Below, piece by piece: positions 47,345-57,935 of a DNA stretch of 64,000 bases. The stretch's first letter is position 1. Every line of letters begins with the position of its first letter. The DNA comes from Scenedesmus sp. PABB004 (Eukaryota). The stretch lies in the NCBI GenBank assembly GCA_014905635.1, contig JABVCE010000008.1, positions 248,001 through 312,000 of the forward strand, in the 5' to 3' direction. Both the position numbers and the translations under genes were made by a program. The notes under the pieces were generated by a model. The model worked only from the letters and a program-made list of their open reading frames with translations, did not search any database and was not told the origin of the DNA.

Positions 47345-48760
47345 ATGAGTCAGGCGGAGGCGGAGCCAGCGCTCAAGCGGCCGCGCCTGGACGGCGAGCC
47401 GGAGCCGCAGGAGCCGCAGGAGCAGCCGCTCGCGCAGCAGCAGCAGCAGCAGCAGCAGCAGCCGCCGCTGCCGACCGGGCCGCGCCTGGCGGCGCTGTTC
47501 CAGGTCTCCGCCGGCCTGCCGCGCGAGCCGTCGCCGGGCGCGATGCACGGCTGCCGCATCGCCGCGTGGGCGCCGGGCGGCGGCGGCTACGCCGCGGCGC
47601 TCGCGTCGGGCGCGCGCGTGTACTGGTCGCAGCTCGAGCTGGGCGGCGCCGGCGCGCCGGCGGCGGGCAAGGAGGGCATCGCCCTGCCCTGCCGCCGGCG
47701 CGCGCCGCCGGCGGCCGCGCTGGACGCGCTGGCGCACGCGGGCGAGGTGCAGGCGCTCGCGCTCGCGGCCGCGCCGGCGGCGGACGACGGCGAGGTGCTG
47801 CTGGCGAGCGTGGACGCGTTTGGCGTGGCCAACCTGGCGCGCCTCACGCTCCCGCGGCGCGGCGCCGCGGCCGAGGACGAGGCGGCCGAGGCGGACGGCG
47901 CGGCGGGGGGCGCGCCGGCGCCGGCGCCGCGCGTCGCGGCGCCGGCGCGGCTGCGCCCCGCGGACGGCTGCCGCGAGGGCGGCTGGGCGGGCGTCGCGCT
48001 CGGCGGCGCCGGCGGCGGCGGCCTGCTCGCGGCCACGGCGCGCGGCTTTGCGCGCGACGTGAGCTTGTACGACGCGGCCAGCGGCGCGGCCGTGCGGAGC
48101 TGGGGCTGCGCGCTGCACCCCTACGCGCTGACCTTCCTGCCCGACGGCGTGTGCGGGCCGGGCGGGCTGCTCGCGGTGGCGGAGGGCCACACCGTGTCGC
48201 TCTGGGACGCGCGCGCGGCGGGGTGCGCGGCCCGCGTCGTGCCGGGCGGCGTGGGGCAGCCGCTGTTTGCGCTCGGCTGGTGCGGCGCGCAGGGCGGCCT
48301 GCTCGGCGCGGCGGGCGCGGAGCGCGGCCTGTACCTCACCGAGCCGCGCAAGTGGCGCCAGCTCGCCAAGTGGTCCGGCGCGACGCGGCTCGCGGTGCAC
48401 AGCCTCGCGTTCCTGGACTCTGACCCGCGCTGCGCGGTGCTCGCCGGGCTTGACCTCGAGGTGCTCTGCGGCCGCTGGGACCGCCCCGGCGGCGGCGGCG
48501 CGCGGCCGTTCCCCTCGAGCGGCCCCGCGCCCGAGGACGGCCCCGGCCCCGCGCACGCCGCGGCGGGCGCGCCGGGCAGCGGCGACCGCAGCCGCGGCGG
48601 CGGCTGCGCGCCGGCGGGTGGGGCGGCGGCGGCGGAGCCCGCGCCGGGCTTCTCGTTCCGCGGCGACGCGCGCTGGCTGGGCGTGTCCAAGGCGCCCGGC
48701 GCGGACGTGCTGGCGGGCTTTGCGGCGTCGGGGAACGTCGTGTATGCGCGCGTCGTGTGA
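47345..48760 (+). CDS. Intronless WD40-like beta-propeller protein with NLS-like N-terminus
   Basis: PALKRPRL; AHAGEVQALAL..LLASVDAFG; VSLYD; VSLWDAR; TGTAA at 48782-48786. Confidence 0.7.
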   Translation: MSQAEAEPALKRPRLDGEPEPQEPQEQPLAQQQQQQQQQPPLPTGPRLAALFQVSAGLPREPSPGAMHGCRIAAWAPGGGGYAAALASGARVYWSQLELGGAGAPAAGKEGIALPCRRRAPPAAALDALAHAGEVQALALAAAPAADDGEVLLASVDAFGVANLARLTLPRRGAAAEDEAAEADGAAGGAPAPAPRVAAPARLRPADGCREGGWAGVALGGAGGGGLLAATARGFARDVSLYDAASGAAVRSWGCALHPYALTFLPDGVCGPGGLLAVAEGHTVSLWDARAAGCAARVVPGGVGQPLFALGWCGAQGGLLGAAGAERGLYLTEPRKWRQLAKWSGATRLAVHSLAFLDSDPRCAVLAGLDLEVLCGRWDRPGGGGARPFPSSGPAPEDGPGPAHAAAGAPGSGDRSRGGGCAPAGGAAAAEPAPGFSFRGDARWLGVSKAPGADVLAGFAASGNVVYARVV

Positions 48761-48995
48761 AGGCTGCAGCAGGCCGGGCGGTGTAAAAACCCGGCACCGG
48801 CGGCGTTGCGGCGTGGGCCGCGCGGTGCGGCGAGCGGCCGGCAGCGCGCGCGACCACCACAGCGACAGGGCAATTGCACCTGCGACACGCCGCGTGGCGC
48901 GGCGGGCCTCTCTCCCCTGTACACGCGCCCGCCGCCGCCGCCGCCGCCGCACGCCGCTCACGTGACACACGCGCGCCGCGCCGCGCGCGTGATCA

Positions 48996-51900
48996 TCACG
49001 TGAACACCGTGATCCAGGTCGCGGCGTTGCTGTTGGCGCCGTCGGTGTCGCGCTGCCCGTACGCGCTCTCGACCGCGCTGAGCACGCGCGTGCCGCCCGG
49101 GTGCACGTCGGCGCCGCTGTAGCCCCACTGTGGCATGCCAAACTGCCGGATGCAGCCCGCGTTGGGCTCCGCGCCGGGGACCTTGGCGTAGGCGATCTCG
49201 TAGTTGCCGTTCTGGCCGTCCGGGGGGATGAAGGTGAAGCCCACGCCTGCGCCGCAAACGGGGGGCGTTGACCGGGCGTTGACCGGGCGTTGACCGGCCG
49301 CGCCGCGCCGCCGCACGCGGGGGCGGCGCCTCAGCGCAGGCAGCGGCGCCGTTGCCGCACGCACCGGGGTAGGCGAGCGGCGCGCCGTCGGTGTCGGGGA
49401 GGCCGGCGGGGCCGGAGAAGCTGAAGATGACGAGCATGCTGCCGCCGACCACCGCGACGGCCGGGTACGCGACGCCCACGGGGTTGGCCTGGCAGCGGCG
49501 CGGCGGTCGCGGCGGCGGCGCGCGGGCGGTCGCGCGGGCCGGCCAGCGCGCGCCCTGCGCCCCCGGCGCACCTGGTTGGTCACGTACTCGAGCACGCCCC
49601 GCCGGCTCACGATCGCGCCAAAGGTGATCTCGTTGTCGATCGCCCAGTCCTTGTAGTACTTGCACGGGTTGTCCTGCCGGCGGGCAGGCGGGCGGGCGGC
49701 GGGCGGGCGGGCGGGCGGGCAGGGGTGAGCCGGCGCGGCCGCGCGGTGTGGCGCTCCCCCGCCGGCCCGCGCCGCCCGTTATCGCGCCGCTCAGCGTGGG
49801 CGCGCCTTGGGCGGGACGCGGAGGTTCATGTAGAGGTTTCGCAGGAAGAAGTGCTCGCGCCAGTAGTCGTAGTAGCCGAAATAGTTGGCCCCGCTGTCGT
49901 AGCCCCAGCCCGTGAAGCCGCGCCAGCCGCCGATCGGCGCGCCCGCGCTCGCGCCGAGGAATATGTTGCTCACACTCGCGCCGCCGCCCGATCCGCCGCC
50001 CGATCCGCCGGCCGGCGGCGCGGCGGCCGGCGCGGCGCGCGCCGCGGCGGCGCCGAGCGGCCGGGTCGCGTTGGGCGCGCCGCCGGCCGCGGCAAACTGC
50101 GCCGCGCGCGGGCCGCCGAGCAGGCCGCCGTATGCGGCGTCGTTGGCCGACGCGACGCCCACGAGCGCAGCGCTGTGCAGGGGCGGCGCCGGCGGCGGCG
50201 GCGGCGCCTCGGCTGACGGCCGGCCCGCCTCCATGCGCGCGAGCGCGGCGCCCAGCGCGTCGGCGAGCGCCTCGCGGCTGCGGACGGGGCCGAGGCTGGC
50301 GTAGACGCTGGTGGCGATCAGCGAGTCGCGCAGCGCCGCGGGCGACGCGTATGGCACGCCCGCAGCGTCGCGCCCGAGCGGCGCGCCCGCGTCGGCGGCG
50401 GGGGCGCCCCCGGGCGCCGCCTGTGCGGGCGCGCCGCCGCCGCCGTCGAAGAAGGCTTGCTGCGCATCCGGCTCGCCGCGGAGCAGGCGGCGGCCGTGGA
50501 AGTCCTGGCTCGCGGCGAGGCTGTCGCCGGGGTACAGAAAAACCTGCGCGCCAGAGGGGCGGCGGCGGCGGCGGCGGCTGGGCGTCAGGGAGGGGGGGGG
50601 GGGCTGCCGCGGCGCACCGCGTGGCGGGCGCCGGTCGCGCTGCGCCATGTGTGTGGTCAGTCAGTTGAGACTGACTCGCCTGGTTGTAATAGGAGGGGTC
50701 GGTGTAGCCCGCCTTGCCGCGGTCGCTGTCGGACGCCCACGTGCCGGTCGCCCAGCTCCAGCCGTCGTCCCAGCCCCAGTCGGTGCCGAACCAGGGCGCG
50801 CAGGGGCCGGAGACGCAGAACGAGGGCGTGAGCTCAGCCCAGTAGATGCTGGGCAGCGTGATGTTGTCGCCCCACACGTCGTACGAGGTGCTGACCAGGT
50901 CGGGCCCCCGGTCAGCGATGTAGAGCGTGTTAGCGTACAGCGCCGCCTGCGCCGCGGCGCACACGGTGCGGCGGCGGCGGCGCGCGGCGGGTGTCGCGGC
51001 GCGCGGGGCGCGGCGCGGGGCTGCATGCGGCGCAGGACCGCGCGCGGGCCGGCGCGGGCGGGCTGGCGCGCGCTGCGGAGGCGCGCACGCAGGCACGCAC
51101 CCCGCCGTCCCAGAGGCCCGGCGGCCGCATCGCGCCGGCGTCGAGCAGCTGGCACTGGTCCGCGGGGATCGGCGCGACGCCCGGGCCGTACTGCTGTATC
51201 GGCTGCACCAGCTTGGTCGACGGCACCGCGAGGCACGACTGCCCGCGCCCGATCACGCGCGAGACGAGCAGCGGCGCGGGCGAGGGCGAGTTGGGCCCCT
51301 CGTAGAGCCAGAGGGAGCCGGTGTTGATGAGCGCGACGACGGTCATCTCGGTGCGCTGCAGGGGGAAGAGGTAGTTCAGGTTCTGCGCGGGGTTGAGGCG
51401 CGGGAGGGAGAGCGAGAGCGAGGCGCGGGAGGCGCGTGCAGGTTGAGTGAGCAAGAAGTTGGGGCAAGGATTGGGGCGGTGAGTGACTGACTGAGTGAGG
51501 GAGAGAGGGAGGGGAGGGAGGGAGGGAGCAGGGGGGGACCCGGCCCGTCGCGGCGCCAGCCGGCCAGCGCGGCCGCAGCCAGCCAGGGGTGCGCCCGGGC
51601 GCGCCCCAGCTCGTGGGCGCGGCGCCTGGGGGCTCCTCCCCCTTCCTGGGCCTGGGCCGCCCCCCCCCCCCCCCCCCCGGGCTCACGTCGCTGACCCAGT
51701 ACGCCACCTCCGCCTGCACGTCGGCGGCGCGCTGCGGCAGCGCGGGCTGGAGCTGCAGGAAGGCGCCCGGGTAGAGCGCCTCTGTGTTGAGCTGCCCCGT
51801 CGCGTTGTAGATGTCCCACGCCGTCCACACGGGGCCGTAGAACCAGGTCGCGCCCTTGTAGACGGCCCACTTGGGCAGGGCGAAGAGGATCGCGCCCGTC

Positions 51901-53715
51901 GCGGTCTCCTGGTTGTCGGGGCAGTTTTGCACAAAGCTCAGGAACACGCCGTCCTGGTTGTAGCTGACCTGGCTCTGCAGCGACACCGGGTAGCCGCCGC
52001 ACGCCATCGGCGTGCGCTGCGTGACCTCGCCGGGGAAGGAGAAGAGCAGCCAGGTGCCCGTCGCGGAGGGCCCCGTGCTCACGGCGAGCATGACCTGGTT
52101 GGAGTCGTAGCCGCAGATGGCGGTCAGCAGGAAGCGGCCGATGAGCTTGTCGTACGTGGCCGCGGGGTAGATGTAGCCCCCGGTGCAGGGGCTCGCGACG
52201 AGGCCAAACCAGTCGGGCAGCGGGATGAGCCGGCGCTGCCCCGGCGACCGGGGCGAGAGGTCGATGCCGCCGCTCGGCGTGAGGGGGATGATCGACACGA
52301 GCGAGTTGACCACGTGCAGCGCGTGCGCGGGGCCGACCGCGATCGTGGCGTCGGGCGGGACGACGTTGGTCGACGACATCGTGATGCCGACCTGGCCAAA
52401 TGTCGCGTTGAAGCTGTACTTGACCGGGTTGGGCGGCTCCACGGGCGTCGGCGTGCCCTTGTTGCACACGGAGCGCCCCGGCGAGGGGCCGCCGGCCTGC
52501 TGCAGCCGCCGGCGCGCGCGCGGCGGCTGCGCGCGGCCCGCGGCCTGCGCCGACGTCTGCTGCTGCTGCTGCTGCTGCTCCGACTGCTGCTCGGACTGCT
52601 GCTGCTCGGACTGCTGCTCCTCCGGCAGCTGCTCCTCCGGCAGCGGCTCCTCCGGCTGTAGCTCCTCCGGCTGCTGCCCCTGCCGCTGCCGCTTCTGCCA
52701 AGGAGGCCCGGCCGGCCCGTCGGCAGCAGCCTCGGGCGCCGGCTGCCCGGCCGCCCGCGCCGCTGCCGCGACCAGGACCGGGTCCAGCTCCAGCGCCGCC
52801 GCGTCGCCCGGGCCCACGCTGGCCACGCCCACGCCGCCGCCGGCCGGCACGGATGCGGTCGACACCTCTGCCGCCGGGCGGGGGATGATCAGGGTGCTGC
52901 CCCAGCCCGCCGGCGGCGGCGGCGGCGGCGGGGGAGGCTGCTTCGGCGCGCGCGCCGCGCCTCCCTGCCAGCCCCGGCCGCCGCCGGCACCGCCGCCGCC
53001 GCGCTCCGGCGCCCCGGCGCGCGCCTGGCCCGGGCGCTGCCTGCCGCGCCCCCCGCTGCGCGGGCGCCGGCCGCCTGGCGGCCGCGACGCCGCCGCCGGC
53101 CCCGGAAGCGGCGCCGGCTCCGGCGCGGCCGCCGCGCTGCCCCCGCCGCCGCCGCCGCCGCTGCTGCTGCTGCTGTCGCCGCTGGTGCCGGCGGTGGTGT
53201 CCTCGTAGTCCTGCTCGATCCAATTCGGGTCGCCGTTGTTGTCAGCGATGAACCAGGGCGCCAGCATGCCCTCCAAGCTCGCGCGCAGGCCCAGGCTCGC
53301 CGCCTGCATCTCGGGCGTGACGTAGCCGTCGTACTCGGGCAGCTGCGACACCTCCATCTTGCACACTGACGCGTGGGCGCGCGGCGGTTGCGCGCGGACG
53401 CAGCGGCAGCAGCGGTTGCGGTGACGCCGGCGCCCCCGCAGCGCGAGCGCGCGCCGGCGCGCGAAAGCGCCGAGCTGACAGCCCCATCACCATGGCCGGG
53501 CGGGGCGCCCCCCGCGGCGCGCAGGGCGCCGCTCGGCGGCGCTGCGGCGGCGGCGCACCGTACAGCGGCTGGACGTAGGCGGACGGCGCCACCGCGTTGG
53601 AGCCTTGATCCTGGCAGAACGTGCGCCCCGGGCCCTGAATCAAGCACGCCAGCGCCGCCCAGAGCGCCGCCACGCGGCGCCGGCGCCGGGCGACGGTTGG
53701 CCGCGTGCTGCCCAT
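48996..53715 (-). CDS. Large secreted protein with a PPD..AVGP.H..VVN domain of unknown function
   Basis: Signal-like VAALWAALACLIQG; low-complexity pro-region ending RRRLQQ; PPDATIAVGPAHALHVVN; YDKLIGRFLLT; LAVSTGPSATGTW; C-terminal QWGYSGAD..AATWITVFT*. Confidence 0.7.
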
Positions 53716-54076
53716 GGCGCTCGCTGCGGGCCCGCGGCGGCGCGCACGCTACCGCAAAGTCATTCTTGAGTTGAACAGTCGGCCTAGGCGCCGACTGACG
53801 GGCTGGCTCGCGAGCAGCAGCGCGGCGCGGGTGAGGTGGCAGGCAGGACGGCTGCTGGTGCGGCCGGCTGGCTCGCACTGTGGCCTGGCGGGAGCGCGCG
53901 TGAGCTGGCGATGGCGCCGCGGCTGCACTGGCAGGCACCTGAAGCACGGGCGCGCCCGGCGCGCCCGGCCGTCTTCGCCTGCCGCTGCACCTGGCTGGCT
54001 GCGGCCGGCGCAGCTCCCGGCCGGCGTCGCGGACGGAACTCACTCCCTCGCGAGCTCACCCGCAGCCCGTGCCGAC

Positions 54077-57000
54077 TCACTGTATCCCGCCCAGCGCCTC
54101 CGGCGGCAGGCCTGCGGGCACCGCGCCGCCGCCGCCGCCGGCGCCGCCCGAGAGCACGCCCGCGTTTGTGATCACGCCGCCCCCGGGCAGGCCCAGCCCC
54201 GTCGTCGTGCGGCCGCCGCCGGCGCCCGGGATCATCGCGGGCACCGCGCCGCCGGCGCCGGGGCCCTTTGTGAGGCCGCCCAGCACGGCGCCGAGGCCGG
54301 AGAGCACGCTGCGCGCGCTGACCGACGGCGCGACGGCGCTGCCGCCAGACGGCGGCGGCAGGCCGCCGAGTGCGGCCGTCACGCTCGAGGGCCAGCCTGC
54401 GGCCGACACCACCGACTCCTTGGGGTTGGAGATCGCGGTCGTGGGCACGCCAAAGTAGCTCGCCTGCGCCGCGGCCTTGGCCTGGTTGGCGAGCCACGTG
54501 TTCTGCCCGACCGGCACGCCCACGCCGCCCTTGATCGACGGCGCGACGCTGCTGTACGCGCTCACGCTGCTCGTGCGGAACAGCCCCGGCGCGGGCGGGC
54601 CGCCGTCGGACGGCGGCAGGCTCGCGGTCCAGAAGCTCGGCGGCGGCGGCGTCGGCGCGCAGCCGGGCGGGCCGTAGTGGATGATGGTGCCGTCGAGCGT
54701 CTTGACGTCCTTGCACAGCGGCTCGCCAAACTGCTTGTCGACGCACGCGTTGCCGTTGGCGTCGCGGCCGTTGACGCACCCCGCCTTGGCGTTGACCGGC
54801 AGCGTCACGGTCTTGGCGACGAGGCCGTCGTCCTCCACGCTCGACACGTCGATCATGTACACCGCGCCCGTCTGGTTGTCCATGTTGCTGTCCCACGCCG
54901 TCGGCGCGCCAACCGCGAGCAGCTTGCCGTTGGCCGAGAGCGACACGCCCGCGCCGTAGTTGGAGAACGGGTCGGCGTGCGTGTGCTTCTCCGCGGGGCG
55001 CCAGGGGCAGCTGCCGTCCTTGGGGCCCTGCGCGCGCGCGCGGCAGCGGCGGCGGCGGGGGTCAACCACGCGGGCGCACGCCGCGCTGCGCCCGCCGAGC
55101 CGTGCCGGGCAGCAGCAGCGCTGCTGTTTGAGCTCACGTCCAGGTAGTAGAGGAAGACTGCCATCTGCTCGGGCGCGCCCGCCAGGTCGCCGACGTACGC
55201 GCCGATCGCGAGCTTGACCATCACCGGCCCCGCCTCGACGATGCTCATGCTCGCCGCGCCTGCGCGGCGGCGGCGCCAGCGGCGCGGCGGCGCGCGCTCG
55301 GCGGGGGCTGGTGCGGCGCGTGCTGCGCGGCGCGGCGCGTGCCGTGCGGCGCGCGCGCCGCGCCGCGCACTCATGCGGTAGTTGTAGCCCGGCGGCGCCG
55401 CGATCTGGCAGCGGCGCAGCCAGGTCGTGGTCATGCCGGCGCCCTGCGCCTCGTACACGACCAGGCGGCCCGCCTCGACGCGCATCAGGAACTTGCCGCT
55501 CTGCGTGATCGCGAGCCCGTTGTCCACGTTGACGCCCTGCGCCGTCGCGGCGGGCCAGGGATCGGACCAGGCCTCGCCGTTGGCGATGGAGCTCACGATG
55601 CGGAAGCGGTCGGTCGCCGGGTCGCGCTTGTACAGGTAGGTGTACTTGGCCAGCTGGTTGGCGTATGACGCGGTCGACACCGCGATCGTCTGCGCGTCGC
55701 TCGTGACTGCGCTCGACGCGCCAAAGTGCACCGAGATGCCTGCCGCGGCGCGGCGGCGCGCGTTGGCGCGTCGGCGGCGCGCGCGCGCGCCGCGCGCGCC
55801 TGGCCCGCGCGCGCCTGGCCCGCGCGCTGGCCCGCCGCCGCCGACGCCGCGCTGGGCCGCCGCGTTGCTCCGCGCACCTGCTGGCATGTTGAGCAGCGCC
55901 AGGTCCTGGATGAAGCTGTAGCGCCAGGCCTTGGGGTCCCAGTAAAACACCTGCGCCCCGCGCGCCCCGCGGGCGCGGCGGTGAGGGCGCCGCGGCCGGC
56001 GGCGGCGCCGCCACCCCAGCCGCGCCGGCGCCGCCGCCGCCGGCGCAGCGTGCCGCCCGGGCCCGGCCCGGCCCGCGCCGCGCGCGCGCCTGCGCGCTGC
56101 CGCGCTTGTCCGGGTAGCCCTCGCCGACGCTGAACGACACGAGGATGACGCAGCCGTCGCCGCTCACGCTCACGGCCATGGCGGCGGCCATCGCGGCGCG
56201 CACCTCAACGGCGAGCGACTGCAGGTACTTGAACCCCTCGCCCGCGACCGCCTTGTACACGTGCACGACGGGGCGGTTGCCCGCGGCGGTCGTGTTGACG
56301 ATGCAGAGCCGCGGCGTCGTGCAGTTGGGCCGCCCGCGCACCGCCTCGACGCCGTCCATGACCGCCATGGTCGTGCCGTCCTCGCTGAGCGCGACCTGGG
56401 CGCCAAAGTAGCGGTAGCTGTCGCGCGGCTGCCACAGCGGGCGGGCGCGGTACTCGCACGTCTTCGCGTTGAGCGACGTCAGCAGCAGCGCGCCGCCGGG
56501 CGACGTCACGTTGGGCGAGTTGAGCGGCGCGCCCGCCGCGACCAGGCTCGCGTCGGCGTTTGACGCGAGGCTCAGCCCAAACATGGAGCCCTGCTCGGTG
56601 AAGTAGTTGGGCACGTACGTGCCGAGCTTGCCGCACAGCGCGGGCGCCTCCTGCTTCAGCCGCCGCGCGCCGCCGCCGCCGCCGCCGCGCGCCGGGAGCC
56701 GCGCTGCCGGCGGCGCGGCGTACTCGAGGCCCTGCTCCGTCACCTCCTGGCGGTAGGCGCCGTGGTGCCCGAGCAGCGGCGGCGGCGCCGGCGGCGCCGG
56801 CACGGCGGGCAGCTGCTGCTCCTGCTGTGCGCGGGCATGGCGCCCCGGCTGCCCGCCAGGGCCGCCGGCAGGGATGGCGAGGCTCCTGCCGCTGATGGTG
56901 CTGCTGGCGCCATGCGCCGGCCTGCGGGCGCGGCGCGCGGCGCGGCGCGGTCGGCGAGGCGGCACGGCAGCAGCGCCCCGCTGCCGGCGCCCAGCGGGGC

Positions 57001-57214
57001 CGACGGCGCGGCGCTGCAGGGAGCGCGGTGGCGTCATGAATGCCCCATCAGAGCCCTGGGCGTGAGCATCGCCTGCGCGGGGCCGCGGGCGCGGCGCCAG
57101 GCCGCTCGCGCCATTCGCTGCGGAGCAGCCCCGCCAGCCCCACCTGCAGGCGCCCGCGGCGACCAGGGCCAGCACGAGCGCAATCAGTCGTGGGTGGGGG
57201 AGCTTCAGGCGCAT
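54077..57214 (-). CDS. Secreted FG-GAP (integrin-alpha-type beta-propeller) repeat protein with Gly/Pro-rich tail
   Basis: Signal MRLKLPHPRLIALVLALVAAG; repeats MFGLSLASNADASLVAAGAP, YFGAQVALSEDGTTMAV, AVSVSGDGCVILVS, HFGASSAVTSDAQTIAVS, NYGAGVSLSANGKLLAVGAP..GAVY. Confidence 0.8.
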   Translation of the reverse strand: MRLKLPHPRLIALVLALVAAGACRWGWRGCSAANGASGLAPRPRPRAGDAHAQGSDGAFMTPPRSLQRRAVGPAGRRQRGAAAVPPRRPRRAARRARRPAHGASSTISGRSLAIPAGGPGGQPGRHARAQQEQQLPAVPAPPAPPPLLGHHGAYRQEVTEQGLEYAAPPAARLPARGGGGGGARRLKQEAPALCGKLGTYVPNYFTEQGSMFGLSLASNADASLVAAGAPLNSPNVTSPGGALLLTSLNAKTCEYRARPLWQPRDSYRYFGAQVALSEDGTTMAVMDGVEAVRGRPNCTTPRLCIVNTTAAGNRPVVHVYKAVAGEGFKYLQSLAVEVRAAMAAAMAVSVSGDGCVILVSFSVGEGYPDKRGSAQARARRGPGRARAARCAGGGGAGAAGVAAPPPAAAPSPPRPRGARGAGVLLGPQGLALQLHPGPGAAQHASRCAEQRGGPARRRRRRASARARRARARRARRARAPPTRQRAPPRRGRHLGALWRVERSHERRADDRGVDRVIRQPAGQVHLPVQARPGDRPLPHRELHRQRRGLVRSLARRDGAGRQRGQRARDHAERQVPDARRGGPPGRVRGAGRRHDHDLAAPLPDRGAAGLQLPHECAARRARRTARAAPRSTRRTSPRRARAAAPLAPPPRRRGEHEHRRGGAGDGQARDRRVRRRPGGRARADGSLPLLPGRELKQQRCCCPARLGGRSAACARVVDPRRRRCRARAQGPKDGSCPWRPAEKHTHADPFSNYGAGVSLSANGKLLAVGAPTAWDSNMDNQTGAVYMIDVSSVEDDGLVAKTVTLPVNAKAGCVNGRDANGNACVDKQFGEPLCKDVKTLDGTIIHYGPPGCAPTPPPPSFWTASLPPSDGGPPAPGLFRTSSVSAYSSVAPSIKGGVGVPVGQNTWLANQAKAAAQASYFGVPTTAISNPKESVVSAAGWPSSVTAALGGLPPPSGGSAVAPSVSARSVLSGLGAVLGGLTKGPGAGGAVPAMIPGAGGGRTTTGLGLPGGGVITNAGVLSGGAGGGGGAVPAGLPPEALGGIQ

Positions 57215-57935
57215 GGGCACCCACTCCTCATCACGCGCACGGGCGGGCCAGTACGAGTTGGCGCCTCCCTCGCGCGGCTCGCTGGCGCGGGTCGGGGACG
57301 CTTGTTGGTCGTGAGGGATTGCGAGACGCTGCGTGGAGAGGCGTGGAAGGCAGAGGAGCGGCAGCTGACCGGGCCGGCGGCGGGCGGCGAGCCCTGGCGA
57401 GTGTGCGGCAGGGCCGGCGGCAGGGCCGGCGGCGTGCGCCCGAGCCTGGCCGCGTGTGTGCGTGGCGGAGGGCGCCTGACGGGAGCTGCTCCCGCGCATG
57501 CGGGCTGCCTCCCACGGCTGGCGGCGCGCGGCTGGCTGCCAGCGGCCCGGCGATCGCCGGGCCGCGCTCGCGAGCGCGCCTTGGTGTGTGTGCGCGGCCG
57601 GCGCCGAGGCCCAGCCTGCTGCTGCTGATGCGCCTGATGCTGCTCCTGCTGCTGGTGCCGCCCCGGCGCCTGCCGCCGCCGCGGCGGGGCGCGCCCGGCC
57701 GCCGCGCTCGGGCCGGGCCGCGGCGCTCAACCGCTCGCCGGCGCGGCCGGCATGGCGGTGCCGCGCGCGCCCGACCGGGCCGCACACGCCTCGCCTGCGC
57801 CAGCCCGCCCGCTGCGGTTCGCGCCTCGCTGCCGGGGGCTCCTCAACGGCCCGGCCCGCCCTCGCCTGGCGCTCGCGGACAGCGTCGCCGGCCCTCCATG
57901 CCCTAACCGTCAGCACAGCAGCCAGCACAGCGTGC

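Noticed and set aside
49267..49296. Short tandem repeats in introns/UTRs (GTTGACCGGGC x3; similar at ~5370, ~23770, ~35625) as CRISPR-like arrays
   Set aside because: No unique spacers, only 2-3 units, eukaryotic context; consistent with slippage duplications.
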